Assembly: GCF_963921235.1 (NCBI RefSeq)
Contig: NC_086108.1
Coordinates: forward strand, 5,456,001-5,520,000
DNA: 64,000 bases
Source: Mobula hypostoma
Lineage: Eukaryota
Reading direction: 5' to 3'
Shown here: piece by piece, positions 1 to 13,309 of the stretch
Numbering within the stretch: the first letter of the stretch is position 1
Layout: each line of letters opens with the position of its first letter
The notes under the pieces: model-generated
Database searches by the model: none
The model's input: the letters and a program-made list of their open reading frames with translations, nothing else
What the model was told of the DNA's origin: nothing
Program-made: the position numbers and the translations under genes

Positions 1-429
1 CGTGTTCTTGATGGTCACAGTGAACTCCGGGCTGCCACGGCTTTTTGTACTGGTGACTTTGTTGTCCTGTGTGTCGGCCTCAGTGGGGGCAGGCTTCCCC
101 AGCCTCTGCCTGATGCTGACCTTGGCTTGGCTCGCCGACTGCAGGCGGGTGGTGGGGACCACTCCTGTTGCCTGTACACCCTTGCCGGGCACAGTCCTAC
201 TGCTAGCTTTCGGGACCGCCAGTCGTCTTATCGTGGTGGCAGAGGCTTTGGCTCTCGCTGCTGCAGCTCTCTCCTTGGTTAGGAGCGGAAGCGTGGGGCT
301 CTCCTGAGCGGACGCAGTCGGAGCCCTCTTCAAGACCCCGGCGTACTGAAGCACAGAACCAGCTTCGTCGTCATCACTGCTCTCCTTCTGACAGACTACT
401 TCACCCAGGCGGCTGAACACTCCCGTCGG
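1..429 (-). CDS. C19orf47: C19orf47 orthologue, 3' coding exon (continues past window start)
   Basis: ttctctttcag|CCG; open frame to base 1: PTGVFSRLGEVVCQKESSDDDEAGSVLQYAGVLKRAP...AKVSIRQRLGK...QDNKVTSTKSRGSPEFTVTIKNT, matching human PTGVFSRLG...SVLQYAGVLKK...KVSIIKRLG...VTSTKS. Confidence 0.92.
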
Positions 430-691
430 CTGAAAGAGAATCCAAATTTCAGCAAAATCACTCTAACTACCATGAAGACATTTATACAGCAATATCATGA
501 AGGATCCTGCCCACCCTGCTCATGGACTGATTGTCCCACTCCCATCAGGGAGAAGGTTAAGTAGATTCCTCACCAGGACCACCAGACTCAAAAACAATTA
601 CTTCCCCCAAACCATCAGGTCGATCAAAATCTTCACCCATTAACCCACCCCACCACCCCCATAAAGACATCACCTAGCATCACTCTCTGTA

Positions 692-1234
692 CAGTACTGT
701 ACAAAAGTCTTATTATAGAGCCAGGTTACTAAGACTTTTGCACAGTTCTGTATTTGTTAACATGGAGTGGAGAGCAAGCTTGTAAATCTGGCTGGAGCAA
801 CGGATGTTCAGAATGGCAAGGGTGGAGCACTGCGGGAGGGGTGTGGGACAGGTGGTAGAGAAGGAATGCCAGTGGGGGGTGGGGGTGGTGAGGGTGCAGA
901 CACACCCAGCCCTGAGACACCAGGCAAGGTTACTCGATTCCAAACAATTGGTTTATTGATCATATGTCTCTCTGCTGTTTCCCACTCCCTCCCCGCTCTC
1001 TTCCCCTTTTCCCAAACATGATTCTTCTCTTCCTGCCCCTCTCCTCTTCCTTCCCATTCTCAGTCCACGATAGAGACCCATATCAGAGTCAGGTTTATCA
1101 TCACTCACATATGTCACGAAATTTGTGTTTTTTTGCTGCAGCTGTACTATGCAATACATCATTGCAACAGTACTGTGCAAAAGTCTTAGGCGTCCTAGCT
1201 ATATAGACGTGACTAAAACTTTTGCACAGTTCTG
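692..1234. mobile_element. Composite Tc1-type MITE: two ~60-67 bp palindromic mini-elements (692-750, 1168-1234) flanking a core
   Basis: Each mini-element reads cagtactgt(g/a)caaaagtctta...taa(g/a)acttttgcacagttctg; TA lies outside both outer ends. The same arrangement recurs at 45387-46385. Confidence 0.65.
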
Positions 1235-1723
1235 TAGGTTCAAATCAGTCTATGTGTTTAACAGTTACTTGTACATTACTAACCTGTATGACTTTAGACG
1301 GCGGGAGGAAACCAGAGCACCTGGAGGAAATCCCCACAGTCACGTGGAGAACGTAGAAACTGCTTAAGACACTGATGGGAAGTGAACCTGGGCCACAGTG
1401 TTGTAACAGCGGCATGCTAACTGCCACGCTACTATACCACCCCAGAGTTTTTCTGGTGAACGATGTTTGTCTAATGCTACGTGCCTGTGATGCAGTTGGA
1501 AGTTTTCATTCCATACACGTACGTGACAACTTCACTCTGAATTCATTCGGTGTTTGATTCAAATGTCCAGCTGCCAGCCAGCATGTTCTCATGGCGACAT
1601 TGATAAAAGTGGACTGGGTGGGATAAATTCTTGATTAGTAAGTTTCAAGGCTACGGGGAATGGGGTTGAGAGGAAAGGTAAATCAGCAGAGCAGACTAGA
1701 TGGGCTGAATTGCCTGATCACTT

Positions 1724-3875
1724 CATAAGGCACTGGAGCAGAATTAGGCCATTTGGCGTATCGAGCCTGCTCCGCCATTCCATCATGACCGATTTACTTT
1801 CCCTCTCAGCCCCATTCTCCTGTCTTATCCCCATAAACTCTGACCCCTTACAAATCAAAAGTCTATCAACTTCTGCTTTAAATATACCCATTGACTTGGC
1901 CTCCACAGATGCCTGTGGTAATTATAGATTCACCACCCTCTGGCTAAAGAAATTCCTCCTCACCTCTCTTCTAAAGGGATTTCCCTGTAATCTGAAGCTG
2001 TATCCTCTGATCCTAGACTTCTCAATGTAGAAAACATCCTCTCCACATCCATTCAATCTAGGCCTTCCAATATGTTTCAATGCGATCCCTCACATTCTTC
2101 TAAACTCTAAAGTGTACAGGCCCAGAGCTGTCAAGCGGTCCCCATACATTAACCCTTTCTTTCCCATGGTCATTCCCATAAACCTCTTCTGGATCCTCTC
2201 CAATGTCAGCCACATTCTACCTTAAATATGAGGCCCAAAACTGCTCACAATACTCCAAGTGTGGTCTGATCAATGCTTTATAAATCCTCAGCAGTACTAC
2301 TTTGTTTTTATATTCAAATCCTCTCAAAATAAATGCTAACATTGCATTTGCCTTCCTCACCAGCGACTCAACCTGCAAACTAACCTTCAGGGAATCCTGC
2401 CCAAGGACTCCCTATTTCTGAACTTTTTCCCTATTTAGAAAATAACCTAGGTCTTTATGCCTTTTACCAAAGTGCATTACCATAAACTTCCCAACTCTGC
2501 CAGCTGCCGCTTCTTTGCCCATTTTCCTAACCTGTCTAAGTCCTTCTGTAGCCTCTCTGCTTCCTCAAAACCAGCCCCTCCACCTATTTCTGTATCGTCA
2601 GCAAACATGGCCACAAAGCCATCAATTCCATCATCCAAATCATTGACATATAACGTAAAAATAACGGTCCCAACACCAGCCCTGCAGAACACCACTAGTC
2701 ATGGGCAACCAGTCAGAAAAGGGTCCCTTTATTCCCACTCTTTGCCTTCTGATTGTCAGCCAATCTTCTGTCCATGCTGGTATCTTTACTGTAACTCCAT
2801 GGGCTCTTACCAGTTTTAGCAGCCTCATGTGTGGCACCTTGGCAAAGGTCTTATGAAAATCTAAGTACACCACATCTATCGAGTCTCCTTTGTCTATCCT
2901 GCCTGTTATTACCTCAAAGAATTCCATCAGATTTGTCAGGCAAGATTTCTCCTAAAGGAAGCAATACTCACGTTGGCCTACTTTATCATGTGCATCAAGC
3001 ACCCCAAAACTACATTAACTCCAACATCTTCCAAGCCACTGAAGCCAGGCTAACTGGCCTGTAATTCCTGTCTGTTGCCTCCCTCTCTTCTTAAAGAGTG
3101 GAATAACATTTGCAATCTTCCAGTCCTCTGGAACCACACCAGAATCTAGTAATTCTTGAATGATCACTACAACATCTTCAGCTACCTCTTTCAGATCACT
3201 GGAGTGTAGTCCATCTACTCCAGGTGATTTACCTACCTTCAGACCTTTTGACTTGCCAAGCACCTTCTCCTTAGTAATGGCAACTTCACTCACTTCTGCC
3301 TCCTGACACTCTCAAATTTCTGGCATACTGCTAGTGTCTTCCACAGTGTAGACTAATGCAAAATACTTAGTAATTTTGCCCCCCACTTCCTTGTCCCCAT
3401 TACTACATCTCCAGCGTAATTTTCCAGCTGTCAAATATCCACTCTCGCCTCTCTTTTACTCTTTATATATCTGAAAAAAAAACTTTTGGTATTCTCTATT
3501 ATTCACTAGCTTACCTTCATATTTCATCTTTTCCTCCTTATTGCTATATTTAGTTGCCTTCTGTTAGGTTTTAAAAGTTTCCTAATCCTCCAAATTCCCA
3601 CTGATTTTTGCTATATTGTATGCCTTATCCTTGTCTTTTATGCTGTCTTTGACCTCTCTTGTCAGCCATGGCTGCCTCATCCTCCCATCAAAATGCTTTG
3701 CGATGGACCAATCCTGCCCTTTCCAAATTACTACCAGAAATTCCAGCTGCTCTACTGTCATCTCTGCTAGAGTCTCCTCCCTATCAACATTGGCCAGCTC
3801 CTCTCTCATGCCCCTGTAATTCCCTTTACTCCACTGTCATACCGATATATCTGAGCTTAGCTTCTGCCTCTCAAA
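1724..3875 (-). mobile_element. CR1 (HER1-like) LINE, 5'-truncated, degenerate
   Basis: Minus-strand RT fragments (KSPGVDGLH, VPEDWKIANVIPLFKK, DVVYLDFHKTF, VAMFADDTEIGG) and a CR1 3' UTR at ~1724. Confidence 0.9.
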
Positions 3876-4052
3876 GCGGTGTGATGAATTATGACTACGG
3901 CCTCCTAAGGGTAGTAGTAGGGAGGAGTTCAATTACAGTAATCAGAATGGAACTGAATTAGTAAGCTCATAAACATGAGAAGGAGGAGGGTCCTAACGCA
4001 CAGCGTTGACTGTTTATTCATTTCCATAGACGCTGCATGACCATAAAATATA

Positions 4053-5884
4053 GGACCGGACGGGATGTACCCCAGGCTACTGTGGGAAGCGAGGGAGGAG
4101 ATTGCTGAGCCTCTGGCGATGATCTTTGCATCATCAATGAGGATAGGAGAGGTTCCGGAGGATTGGAGGGTCGCGGATGTTGTTCCCTTATTCAAGAAAG
4201 GGAATAGGGATAGCCCAAGTAATTATACACCAGCGAGTCTTACTTCAGTGGTTGGTAAGTTGATGGAGAAGACCCTGAGAAGCAGGATTTATGAACATTT
4301 GGAGAAGCATAATATGATTAGGAATAGTCAGCATGGCTTTGTCAAAGGCAGGTCGTGCCTTACGAGCCTGATTGAATTTTTTGAGGATGTGACTAAACAC
4401 ATTGACGAAGGTAGAGCCGTAGATATAGCAAACCATTTGATAAGGTACCCCATGCAAGGCTTATTGAGAAAGTAAGGAGGCATGGGTTCCAAGGGGACAT
4501 TGCCTTGTGGATCCAGAACTGGCTCGCCCACAGAAGGCAAAGAGTGGTTGTAGATGGGTCATATTCTGCATGGAGGCCGGTTACCAGTAGTGTCCCTCAG
4601 GGATCTGTTCTAGGTCCTCTACTCTTTGTGATTTTTATAAATGACCTGGATGAGGAAGTGGAGGAATGGATTAGTAAATTTGCTGATGACACAAAGGTTG
4701 GGGGAGTTGTGGATAGTGTGGAGGGCTGTCAGAGGTTACAGCAGGACATTGATAGGATGCAAAACTGGACTGAAAAGTGGCAGATGGAGTTCAACCCAGG
4801 TAAGTGTGAGGTGGTTCATTTTGGTAGGTCAAATATGATGGAAGAATATAGCATTAATGGCAAGAGTCTTGGCAGTGTGGAGGATCAGAGGGATCTTGGG
4901 GTCTGAGTCCATAGGACACTCAAAGCTGCTACACAGGTTGACTTTGTGGTTAAGAAGGCATACAGTGTATTGGCCTTCATCAATCATGGGAGAAGGAAGA
5001 AGGAAGGAAGAAGGAAGAGTGGTCACAGTTTGAGGATAAAGGGGAAGCCTTTTAGGACTGAGATTAGGAAAAACTTCTTCACACAGAGAGTGGTGAATCT
5101 GTGGAATTCTCTGCCACAGGAAACAGTTGAGGCCAGTTCATTGGCTATATTTAAGAGGGAGTTAGATATGGCCCTTGTGGCTAAAGGGATCGGGAGTATG
5201 GAGGGAAGGCTGGTACAGGGTTCTGAGTTGGATGATCAGCCATGATCATACTGAATGGCGGTGCAGGCTCGAAGGGCCTGCTGGCCTACTCCTGCACCTT
5301 TTTTCTATGTTTCTATGATTGAGTTTAAGAGCCGAGAGGTAATGTTGCAGCTATATAGGACACTGGCCAGACCCCACTTGGAGTACTGTGCTCAATTCTG
5401 GTCACCTCACTACAGAAAGGGTGTGGAAACCATAAAAAGGGTGCACAGGAGATTTACAAGGATGTTGCCTGGATTAGGGAGCATGCCTTAAGAGAAAAGG
5501 TTGAGTGAACTCGGCCTTTTCTCCTTGGAGCGACAGAGGATGAGAGGTGATCTGACAGAGGTGTACAAGATAATAAGTGTGGATAGTCAGAGGCATTTTC
5601 CCAGGCTGAAATGGCTAGCACAAGAAGGAATAGTTTTATGGTGCTTGGAAGTAGTTACAGAGGAGATGTCAGGGATAAGTTTTTTTTACACAGAGTGCGT
5701 GGAACTGGCGGTGGTGGAGGTGGAAACGATAGGGTCTTTTAAGAAACTCCTGGATGGATACATGCAGCTTAGAAAAATAGAGGGCTATGGGTAAGCCTAG
5801 GTAGTTCTAAGGTAAGGCCATGTTCGGCACAGCTTTGTGGACTGAGGGGCCTGTACTGTGCTGTAGGTTTTCTATGTTTCTATG
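4053..5884 (+). mobile_element. CR1 LINE, 5'-truncated, with a nested younger CR1 3' end (~4990-5315)
   Basis: [55 protein letters not shown]; ends in (tttctatg)n tail. Confidence 0.92.
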
Positions 5885-7035
5885 TAGAAGTAGGCCATTC
5901 AGTCCATCAAGTCTGCTCTGCCTTTCAATCATGGGTTGATCCAATTCTTCTGGCCATCCCCACTCCCCTGCCTTCTCCCCATACCCTTTGGTGCCCTGGC
6001 TAATCAAGAACCCATCTATCTCTGCCTTAAAAGCACCCAATGACTTGGCATGACCTGCTGAGTTCTTCCAGCATTTTGCGTGTGTTGCTTTGGGTGAATA
6101 TCTGATAGGACAGAGAATGGGACTAGCTTGATTGTTGAGCAGTTATGGAGTTGATAGGCCAAATGGACTACTTCCAGGATGTAACAACTCCATGATTCAG
6201 TGATACTAATATGCATGGCAGTTTCAGAAGATTTACTCTCAGAATGACATCAGTATCTGTTCACTGAATGTTAAGGACGTTGACATTTAGTGGAACCTAG
6301 CAGGCCCACTGACATAAACAGCACCTGAACATAGGGTCATTAATCAGAAACTTAAGATCATAAGACAAGATATAGGAGCAGAATGAGGCTATTTGGCCCA
6401 TCGAGTCTGCTCCATCATTTCCTCATGGCTGATCCATTTCCCTCTCACCTCCAATCTCCCATATCCCTTCATGCCCTGACTAATTAAGAGTCAATCAACC
6501 TCTGCCTTAAATATACTCAACAACTTGACCTCCACAGCCACCTGTAACAATGAATTCCAATCCAATACACACTGGCTAAAGAAATTCCTCCACTTGTCCT
6601 GTAATCTTAGGCTGTGTCGTCTGGTTTTAGACTCTTTCACCAGAGGAAATATCCTCCTCTCCACATCCACTCTATCCAGGCCTTTAAACAGTCAATAGGT
6701 TTCAATGAGGTCACCCCTCATTATTCTGAGTTCCAGTGAGTAAAAGCCCAGAGCCATCAAATAATTCTCATATGACAAGCCATTCAATTACAGTATGTAT
6801 ATAACAATTAAATTAAATAAGCAGTGCAAAAAATTAAGAAAAAAATTAGTGACGTAGCGTTCATGGCTTCAATGTCAATTCAGAAATCCAACGGCAGAGG
6901 GAAAGAAGGTGTTCCTGAATCATTGAATATGTCCCATCAGGCTCCCGTACCTCTTCCCTGATGGTAGCAATGAGAACAAGGCTAGGCCCTGGGTGATGGG
7001 GGCCATTATTGACGGAAGCCATCTTTTTGAGGCAT

Positions 7036-8517
7036 CAGAATCAGGTTTATTATCACTGGCGTACAACATGAAATTTGTTAACTTAGCAGCAGCAGTTCAA
7101 TGCAATACATAATCTAACAGAGAGAGAGAAAAAAATAATAAAATAAAACATAATAATAAATAAACAAGTAAATCAATTATGTGTATTAAATAGATTATTA
7201 AAAAATGTGCAAAAACAGAAATACTGTATATTAAAAAAAAATTGAGGTAGTGTTCAAAGCTTCAAAATCCATTCAGGAATCAGATGGCAGAGGGGAAGAA
7301 GCTGTTCCTGAATTGCTGAGTGTGTGCCTTCAGGCTTCTGTATCTCCTACCTGATGGTAACAGTGAGAAAAGGGCATGTCCTGGGTGCTGGAGGTCCTTA
7401 ATAATGGACGCTGCCTTTCTGAGACACTGCTCCCTAAAGATGTCCTGGGTACTTTGTAGGCGAGTACCCAAGATGGAACTGACTAGATTTACAACCTTCT
7501 GCAGCTTCTTTCGGTCCTGTGCAGTAGCCCCTCCATACCAGACAGTGATGCAGCCTGTCAGAATGCTCTCCACGGTACGACTATAGAGGTGTTTGAGTGT
7601 ATTTGTTGACATGCCAAATCTCTTCAAACTCCTAATAAAGTATAGCAGCTGTCTTGCCTTCTTTATGACTACATCAATGTGTTGGGACCAGGTTAGATCA
7701 GAGATCTTGACACCCAGGAACTTGAAACTGCTCACTCTCTCCACTTCTGATCCTTCTATGAGGATTGGTGTGTGTTCCTTTGTCTTACGCTTCCTGAAGT
7801 CCACAATCAGCTCTTCTGTCTTACTGACATTGAGTGCCAGGTTGTTGCTGCAGCATCACTCCACTAGTTGGCATATCTCACTCCTGTACGCCCTCTCGTC
7901 ACCATCTGAGAATCTGCCAACAATAGTTGTATCGTCAGCAAATTTGTAGATGGTATTTGAGCTATGCCTAGCCACACAGTCATGTGTATACAGAGAGTAG
8001 AGCAGTGGGCTAAGCACAACCCCTGAGGTGAGCCAGTGTTGATCGTCAGTGAAGAGGATACGTTATCACCAATCTGCACAGACTGTGGTCTTCCGGTTAG
8101 GAAGTCGAAGATCCAATTACAGAGGGAGGTACAGAGGCCCAGGTTCTGCAACTTCTCAATCAGGATTGTGGGAATGATGGTATTAAATACTGAGCTATAG
8201 TCGATGAACAGCATCCTAACGTAGGTGTTTGTGTTGTCTAGGTGGTCTAAAGCCGTGTGAAGAGCCATGGAGATTGCGTCTGCCATTGATCTATTGTGAC
8301 GATAGGCAAGTTGCAATGGGTCCAGGTCCTTGCTGAGGCAGGAGTTCGGTCTAGTCATGACCAACCTCTCAAAGCATTTCATCACTGTCGATGTCAGTGC
8401 TACCGGGCGATAGTCATTAAGGCAGCTCACAATATTCTCCTTTGGCACTGGTATAATTGTTGCCTTTTTGAAGCAAGTGGGAACTTCTGCCCATAGCAGT
8501 GAGAGGTTGAAAATGTC
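7036..8517 (-). mobile_element. Rex1/Babar-type LINE, 3' portion
   Basis: [43 protein letters not shown]...FKFLGV, FSLLPSGRRYRSL...RNSFFPSAI; 3' tail aataaacctgattctga. Confidence 0.88.
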
Positions 8518-8547
8518 CTCATTGTGCTCATTCTGCTCACAGGTTAG

Positions 8548-9056
8548 TGTGGAAATATATCTGTAACCCTGAAGTGTTTATGAATTTATAACTTTTGTAA
8601 AGCGTAATGTGACAAAATGGAACGTGTGTGATTCCAGAATGCTTTGCTGGGTTGTTGACATGTTTGAATAGGAAGCTTACAGGGTTGGATGTGTGTTTGA
8701 CGGCAAGGAATATTTTGAAAGTAGAGAGAAACAGGACGCAGATGTTGGGGGGGTGGGTGGGGGGGGGGAGAAGCCTCAAAACAAACCGGCTCATCAAGAC
8801 GGTTATGAGATAAGACAGGAATGCAATTAAGGGACGGAATGAACTCAAAGATACGAAGCTGATGATTTAGTGGACTCTGTAGATGTACAAAAATGATCTG
8901 TTTGGAGCTGTAAGGTTGAAGCTACCTACCAACAATTTAATGTACGGAAGTAGACTTTCCCTTGTAAGTAATAAACGCGCTTATAATTTGAACAGCTCTG
9001 AGTTTGTTGTAGCCTGTTACTGTATATTAAAAGACCTAGCTGAACCGTACGCAACA
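8548..9056 (+). mobile_element. Solo LTR (ERV1- or Gypsy-type)
   Basis: Begins TGT, ends ACA; perfect 4-bp TSD TTAG (8544-8547 and 9057-9060); AATAAA at 8970-8975. Confidence 0.7.
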
Positions 9057-9289
9057 TTAGAAACTCTTCGATAGGCAAACATCTGAGAAAATGAAACAGG
9101 GGTGAGAGAAAAGTGGAGAGCTATGTAGGAGGAAATGGTTAGGATTGAATTAGAGTCGGTTTAAAGGTCAGCGTAACATTATGGGCTGAGGAGCCTGCAC
9201 TGTGCTGTAACACTCTACGTCTCTATCTGTTCTTCCTTACCTGTGCCAACAAGTTAGGGAATCTCTCAAGGCAAGCGGTTCATCAATTA

Positions 9290-10075
9290 AGCAACTTGGT
9301 GATGAGAAGGCGTACAGGAGCGAGATGCTTCAGCTTGCTGAGTGCTGTCGCAACAATAACCTTGCACTCAATGTCAGTAAGACCAAAGATTGAGGACTTC
9401 AGAAAGGGTAAGACGAGGGAGCACACACCAGTCCTCTTCGAGGGACCCGAAGTGGAAAGAGTGAGCAATTTCAAGTTCCTGGGTGTCAGCATCTTTGAGG
9501 ATCTATCCTGGGCTCAACACATCGACGCAGTTACAAAGAAGGCACGGCAGCAGTGATAGTTCATTAGGAGTTTGAGGAGATTAGCCGTGTCACCAAGAAC
9601 ACTCGCAAGTTTTTACAGTTGTACCATGGAGAGCATTCTAACTGCAAGCATCACCGTCTGGTATGGCAGAGGAAAAGTGGGGGGGGGGTTACTGTACAGG
9701 ATTGAAATAAGCCGCAGGAAGTTGTAAACTTAGTCATCTCCATCATGGGCACTAGTTTCCCCCAGCATCGAGGACATCTTCAAGGTGCAATGCCTGAAAA
9801 AGGCAGGATCCATCTTCTCATTGCTACCATCAGGAAGGAGGTACAGAAGCCTGAAGACACACACTCAATGATTCAGGAACAGCTTCTTCATCTCTGCCAT
9901 CTGATTTCTGAATGAACACTACCTCACTAATTTTTTTGTACTATTTATTTAACTTGAAAAAATATATATATACTTATTACTGTAATTTAGATTTTATTAT
10001 GTACTGCAAGGTATTGCTGTCACCTAACATCAAATTCACAACATATGCTTGTGATAATAAACCTGATTCGGATTC
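9290..10075 (+). mobile_element. Rex1/Babar LINE 3' fragment
   Basis: DFRKGKTREHTPV...VERVSNFKFLGVSIFEDLSWAQHID; tail aataaacctgattcggattctg. Confidence 0.75.
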
Positions 10076-10979
10076 TGCTGGATATTTAGAATATCCACCA
10101 AGATATTATGTCACAAGATGGTGGCACGCACGGTCACAATGGCCACACCGGCTCCAAGCAACAGTGAAATTTCTTATCCTGTTTACCTGTACTCTGTGCT
10201 ACACGCATTTTTGAATTATATTTTATCTTATTTATGACAGACTTTTTTGTGTTGTGTGTGATAAAGGTTTTGTGGTCACTGTGATCCAGAGGTACACTCT
10301 TTTGTTTGGCTGTATACATTTACAGTCAGATGACAATAAACTTGAACTTAAATAGTGCATTGACGAGTTTGGCTGAAGGCCCTGTCTCTTTCCTGTAAAA
10401 CACTTATGACTTAATTCCTACTGTCTTAGAGGCAGCCATAGCAGGATTAGTTTTCTATATAGTCATAGACCACTACTGCAAGGATAAAGGTCCACCGGCC
10501 CATCTAATCTGTGTTGAACTACTACTTTGCCAGTCCCATCGACCTGCACCTGGACCATAGCTCTCCATACCCTTCATACCCATGTACCTATCCAAACTAT
10601 TCTTCAAATGTTGCAATCGAGTCCACATCCACCATTTCCACTGGCACCTCGTTCCACACTCTCACCACTCTGAACATGGAGATCCCTGCTCCAGGTCCTA
10701 TTAAATATGTCACCTTTCACCGTTAATCCCTGATCCCTGGTTCTAGTCTCACCCAACTCAGTGGAAAAAGCCTAGCCTACTTGCAATTACCTCATCTATT
10801 CCCCTCAGAATTTTGTTTACCTCTATCATGTTTCTTATTCTCCTACACTTCAGGGAATAAAGTCCTAACATCTTGAGTACAGCATTCTATGTGATACAGT
10901 GCTGTTCCCAGCAGGTTGTCACTAAAACAGTATTAAGCAACCTGTTATTTCTTAAAGAGAAGACTTGCTTAGGTCTCAC

Positions 10980-11050
10980 CTTACTCCCAGTAGTGGTGTC
11001 TGCTTTTGTTTCGGCACCAAGCCTATCAAAGACCGACGTCCTTGGCAAAC
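10980..11050 (-). CDS. C19orf47: C19orf47 orthologue, coding exon
   Basis: cgattgcag|GT...AGTAAG|gtgaga; 71 nt, phase 1 to 0. Encodes (G)LPRTSVFDRLGAETKADTTTGSK, nearly identical to human GLHRTSVFDRLGAETKADTTTGSK. Confidence 0.94.
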
Positions 11051-11477
11051 CTGCAATCGAAACAGCAAAAGGCTCACACAAATAGTAGTTAGCACCACTT
11101 CAGTCATGTCAAATGTACTGAAGAAAGCAAATTACTCGTGAGATTAGGATTTTATTTATTCATATAAAGATAAGAGCGCAGAACAGGGCCTCCCGGCTCA
11201 ACGAGCTGCTTCACCCAGCAATGCCTGATTTAATCCTAGCCTAGTCAAAGGACAATTTACTATGAGCAATTAACCAGTACATCTTTTGTATGTGGGAGAA
11301 AACCAGAACACCCGGAGGAAACCCACACACTAAGGGGACGTACAAACTTCTTACTGACGGTGTCGGAATTGAACGCAGAACTCTGATGCCCTGAGATGTA
11401 ACAGCTACACCACCATGGCAATCAATGTTAACAGTATTTTGAAGCCTCGTAGTGTCTAATATTTGGATACGCAAGTA

Positions 11478-13309
11478 CAGGTGGCTTCATTTTCCGAACG
11501 TTCGCTTTACGACACCTCGCTGTTATGAAAGACCTACATTAGTTACCTGTTTTCGCTAACAGAAGGTGTTTTCACTGTTATGAAAAAAGGCAGCGCACGC
11601 CCAAACAGCCAAGCTCCTCCCCCAGAACTGCATTCTAGCCGCCACTGCTTAAACACGTGCTTTATCTCCATTTATTTTGTGCATCCATTAGCAAGATGAG
11701 TTCTAAGGTATCGGAAAAGCCTAAAAGAGCTCGTAAGAGTGTTCACTTAGCATAACACTAGACATAATTAAACGTTTCGATTGTGGTGAACGAAGTAAGG
11801 ACATTGTCCACGCGTTGAACTTGCCTGTGTCCACCATTCGCACTATTTATACTCAGAGAGAAAGAATTTTGAAAGCTGCCGATGTTACTGTTGGTTCTGC
11901 TCGTAGCAAAGTGGTCTCTCTTAGTCGGCATCCAATAATGGATAAAATGGAAAGTCTATTGCTTGAGTGGATTGATGGGTGTACAAAGCGTGGTGTTCCG
12001 TTAAGTTTTCTTATACTTAAGGAGAAATCAGTCAGTCTTTTTAATAAGCTAAAACAGAAAGCAGTGGACGATGGTGATGAAAGTGTTGCGAAAGTGGAAT
12101 TTAAAGCTAGTCATGGGTGGTTTGATTGGTTTCTGAAGCGAGGACAGCTTCACAGTTTAACATTTACTGGAGAGAGTGCTTCAGCTGATACGGAAGCTGC
12201 CAAAAAGTTCCCAGCAGAACTGAAGAAAATAATTACAGAAGGTGGTTATTCATATAAGCAAGTGTTTAACTGTGATGAAACTGCTATTTATTGGAAAAAA
12301 TTGCCGAGCAAGACATTTATTTCCATCGAAGAAAAGCAGGCTAAGGGACACAAGGCATCGAAGGACAGGTTTACCCTAATGCCTATTATTAACGCCACTA
12401 AGCCTCTACTAGTGTACCATTCAGAAAATCCAAGGGCACTTAAAGGCGTTGATAAGAAAACCCTTCCCGTTGTGTTCCGTTCACACCCAAGTGCTTTTTT
12501 CTGAGTACATGAGCAGATACGTTAGTCCTTTTGTTGAAAAATACTGTAGAGAAAATAACCTCGATAATAGGTGTCTTGTGATTGGCGCTAATTGTGCTGC
12601 TCACCCGCCTGGCATTACCGAGTATGGCGGTAACATTCGCGTTGCGTTCTTACCGCCGAATACGACATCGTTGATGCAACCATGTGACCAAAGCCTAATA
12701 GCCACAGTTAAGGCTCACTATACGCAAAATGTGATGCACTTTATTGTAAGTACCATTGACAGAGAGGGCAACTCCGAAGCATCTTTGTGAGAGCTCTGGA
12801 AAGAATACAATATAAAATTGGCAATCGCCAACATTAGAGATGCTCTCGATGGGCTAACAGTTTCGATGAGAAATGGTGTTTGGAGGAAACCGTGTCTTCC
12901 CGATTCCGGTAAGTGAAACTACACTATACATACATTATTTCTACTTTATATAGGCTGTGTATTTTTAATGTGTTATTTGGTATGATTTGGCAGCTTCATA
13001 GCTTAAAGGTTACTGGAAAGAGTGTTTCTGCCGAGAGTGCTTCCACCGAGAGTGCTGCAATTTGTAGAACAGTATTGCTACTTTATATAGGCTGTGTTTT
13101 TATCATATCATTCCTGCTTTTACTATATGTTAGTGTTATTTTAGGTTTTGTGTTATTTGGCATGATTTTGTAGGTTTTTTTGGGGGTCTGGGAACGCTCA
13201 AGAAATTTTCCCGTATTAATAAATGGTAATTGCTTATTCACTTTACAATATTCCGGCTTATGAACCGTTTCATAGGAACGCTCTACCTTCGGATAGCGGG
13301 GGAAACCTG
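11478..13309 (+). mobile_element. Tigger/pogo-like DNA transposon with frameshifted transposase (ATG 11696 to ~12910)
   Basis: TA|CAGGT...ACCTG|TA ends; CENP-B-type HTH (FKASHGWFDWFLKR) and DDE_1 motifs (VFNCDETAIYWK, FLPPNTTSLMQPCDQ); imperfect TIRs. Confidence 0.9.

Noticed and set aside
2..307. Plus-strand 101-aa hydrophobic ORF
   Set aside because: It is the antisense shadow of the C19orf47 exon on the minus strand.
11696..12910. Domesticated TIGD1-like host gene
   Set aside because: Frameshifts, truncation and TA-flanked TIRs indicate a decayed Tigger transposon.
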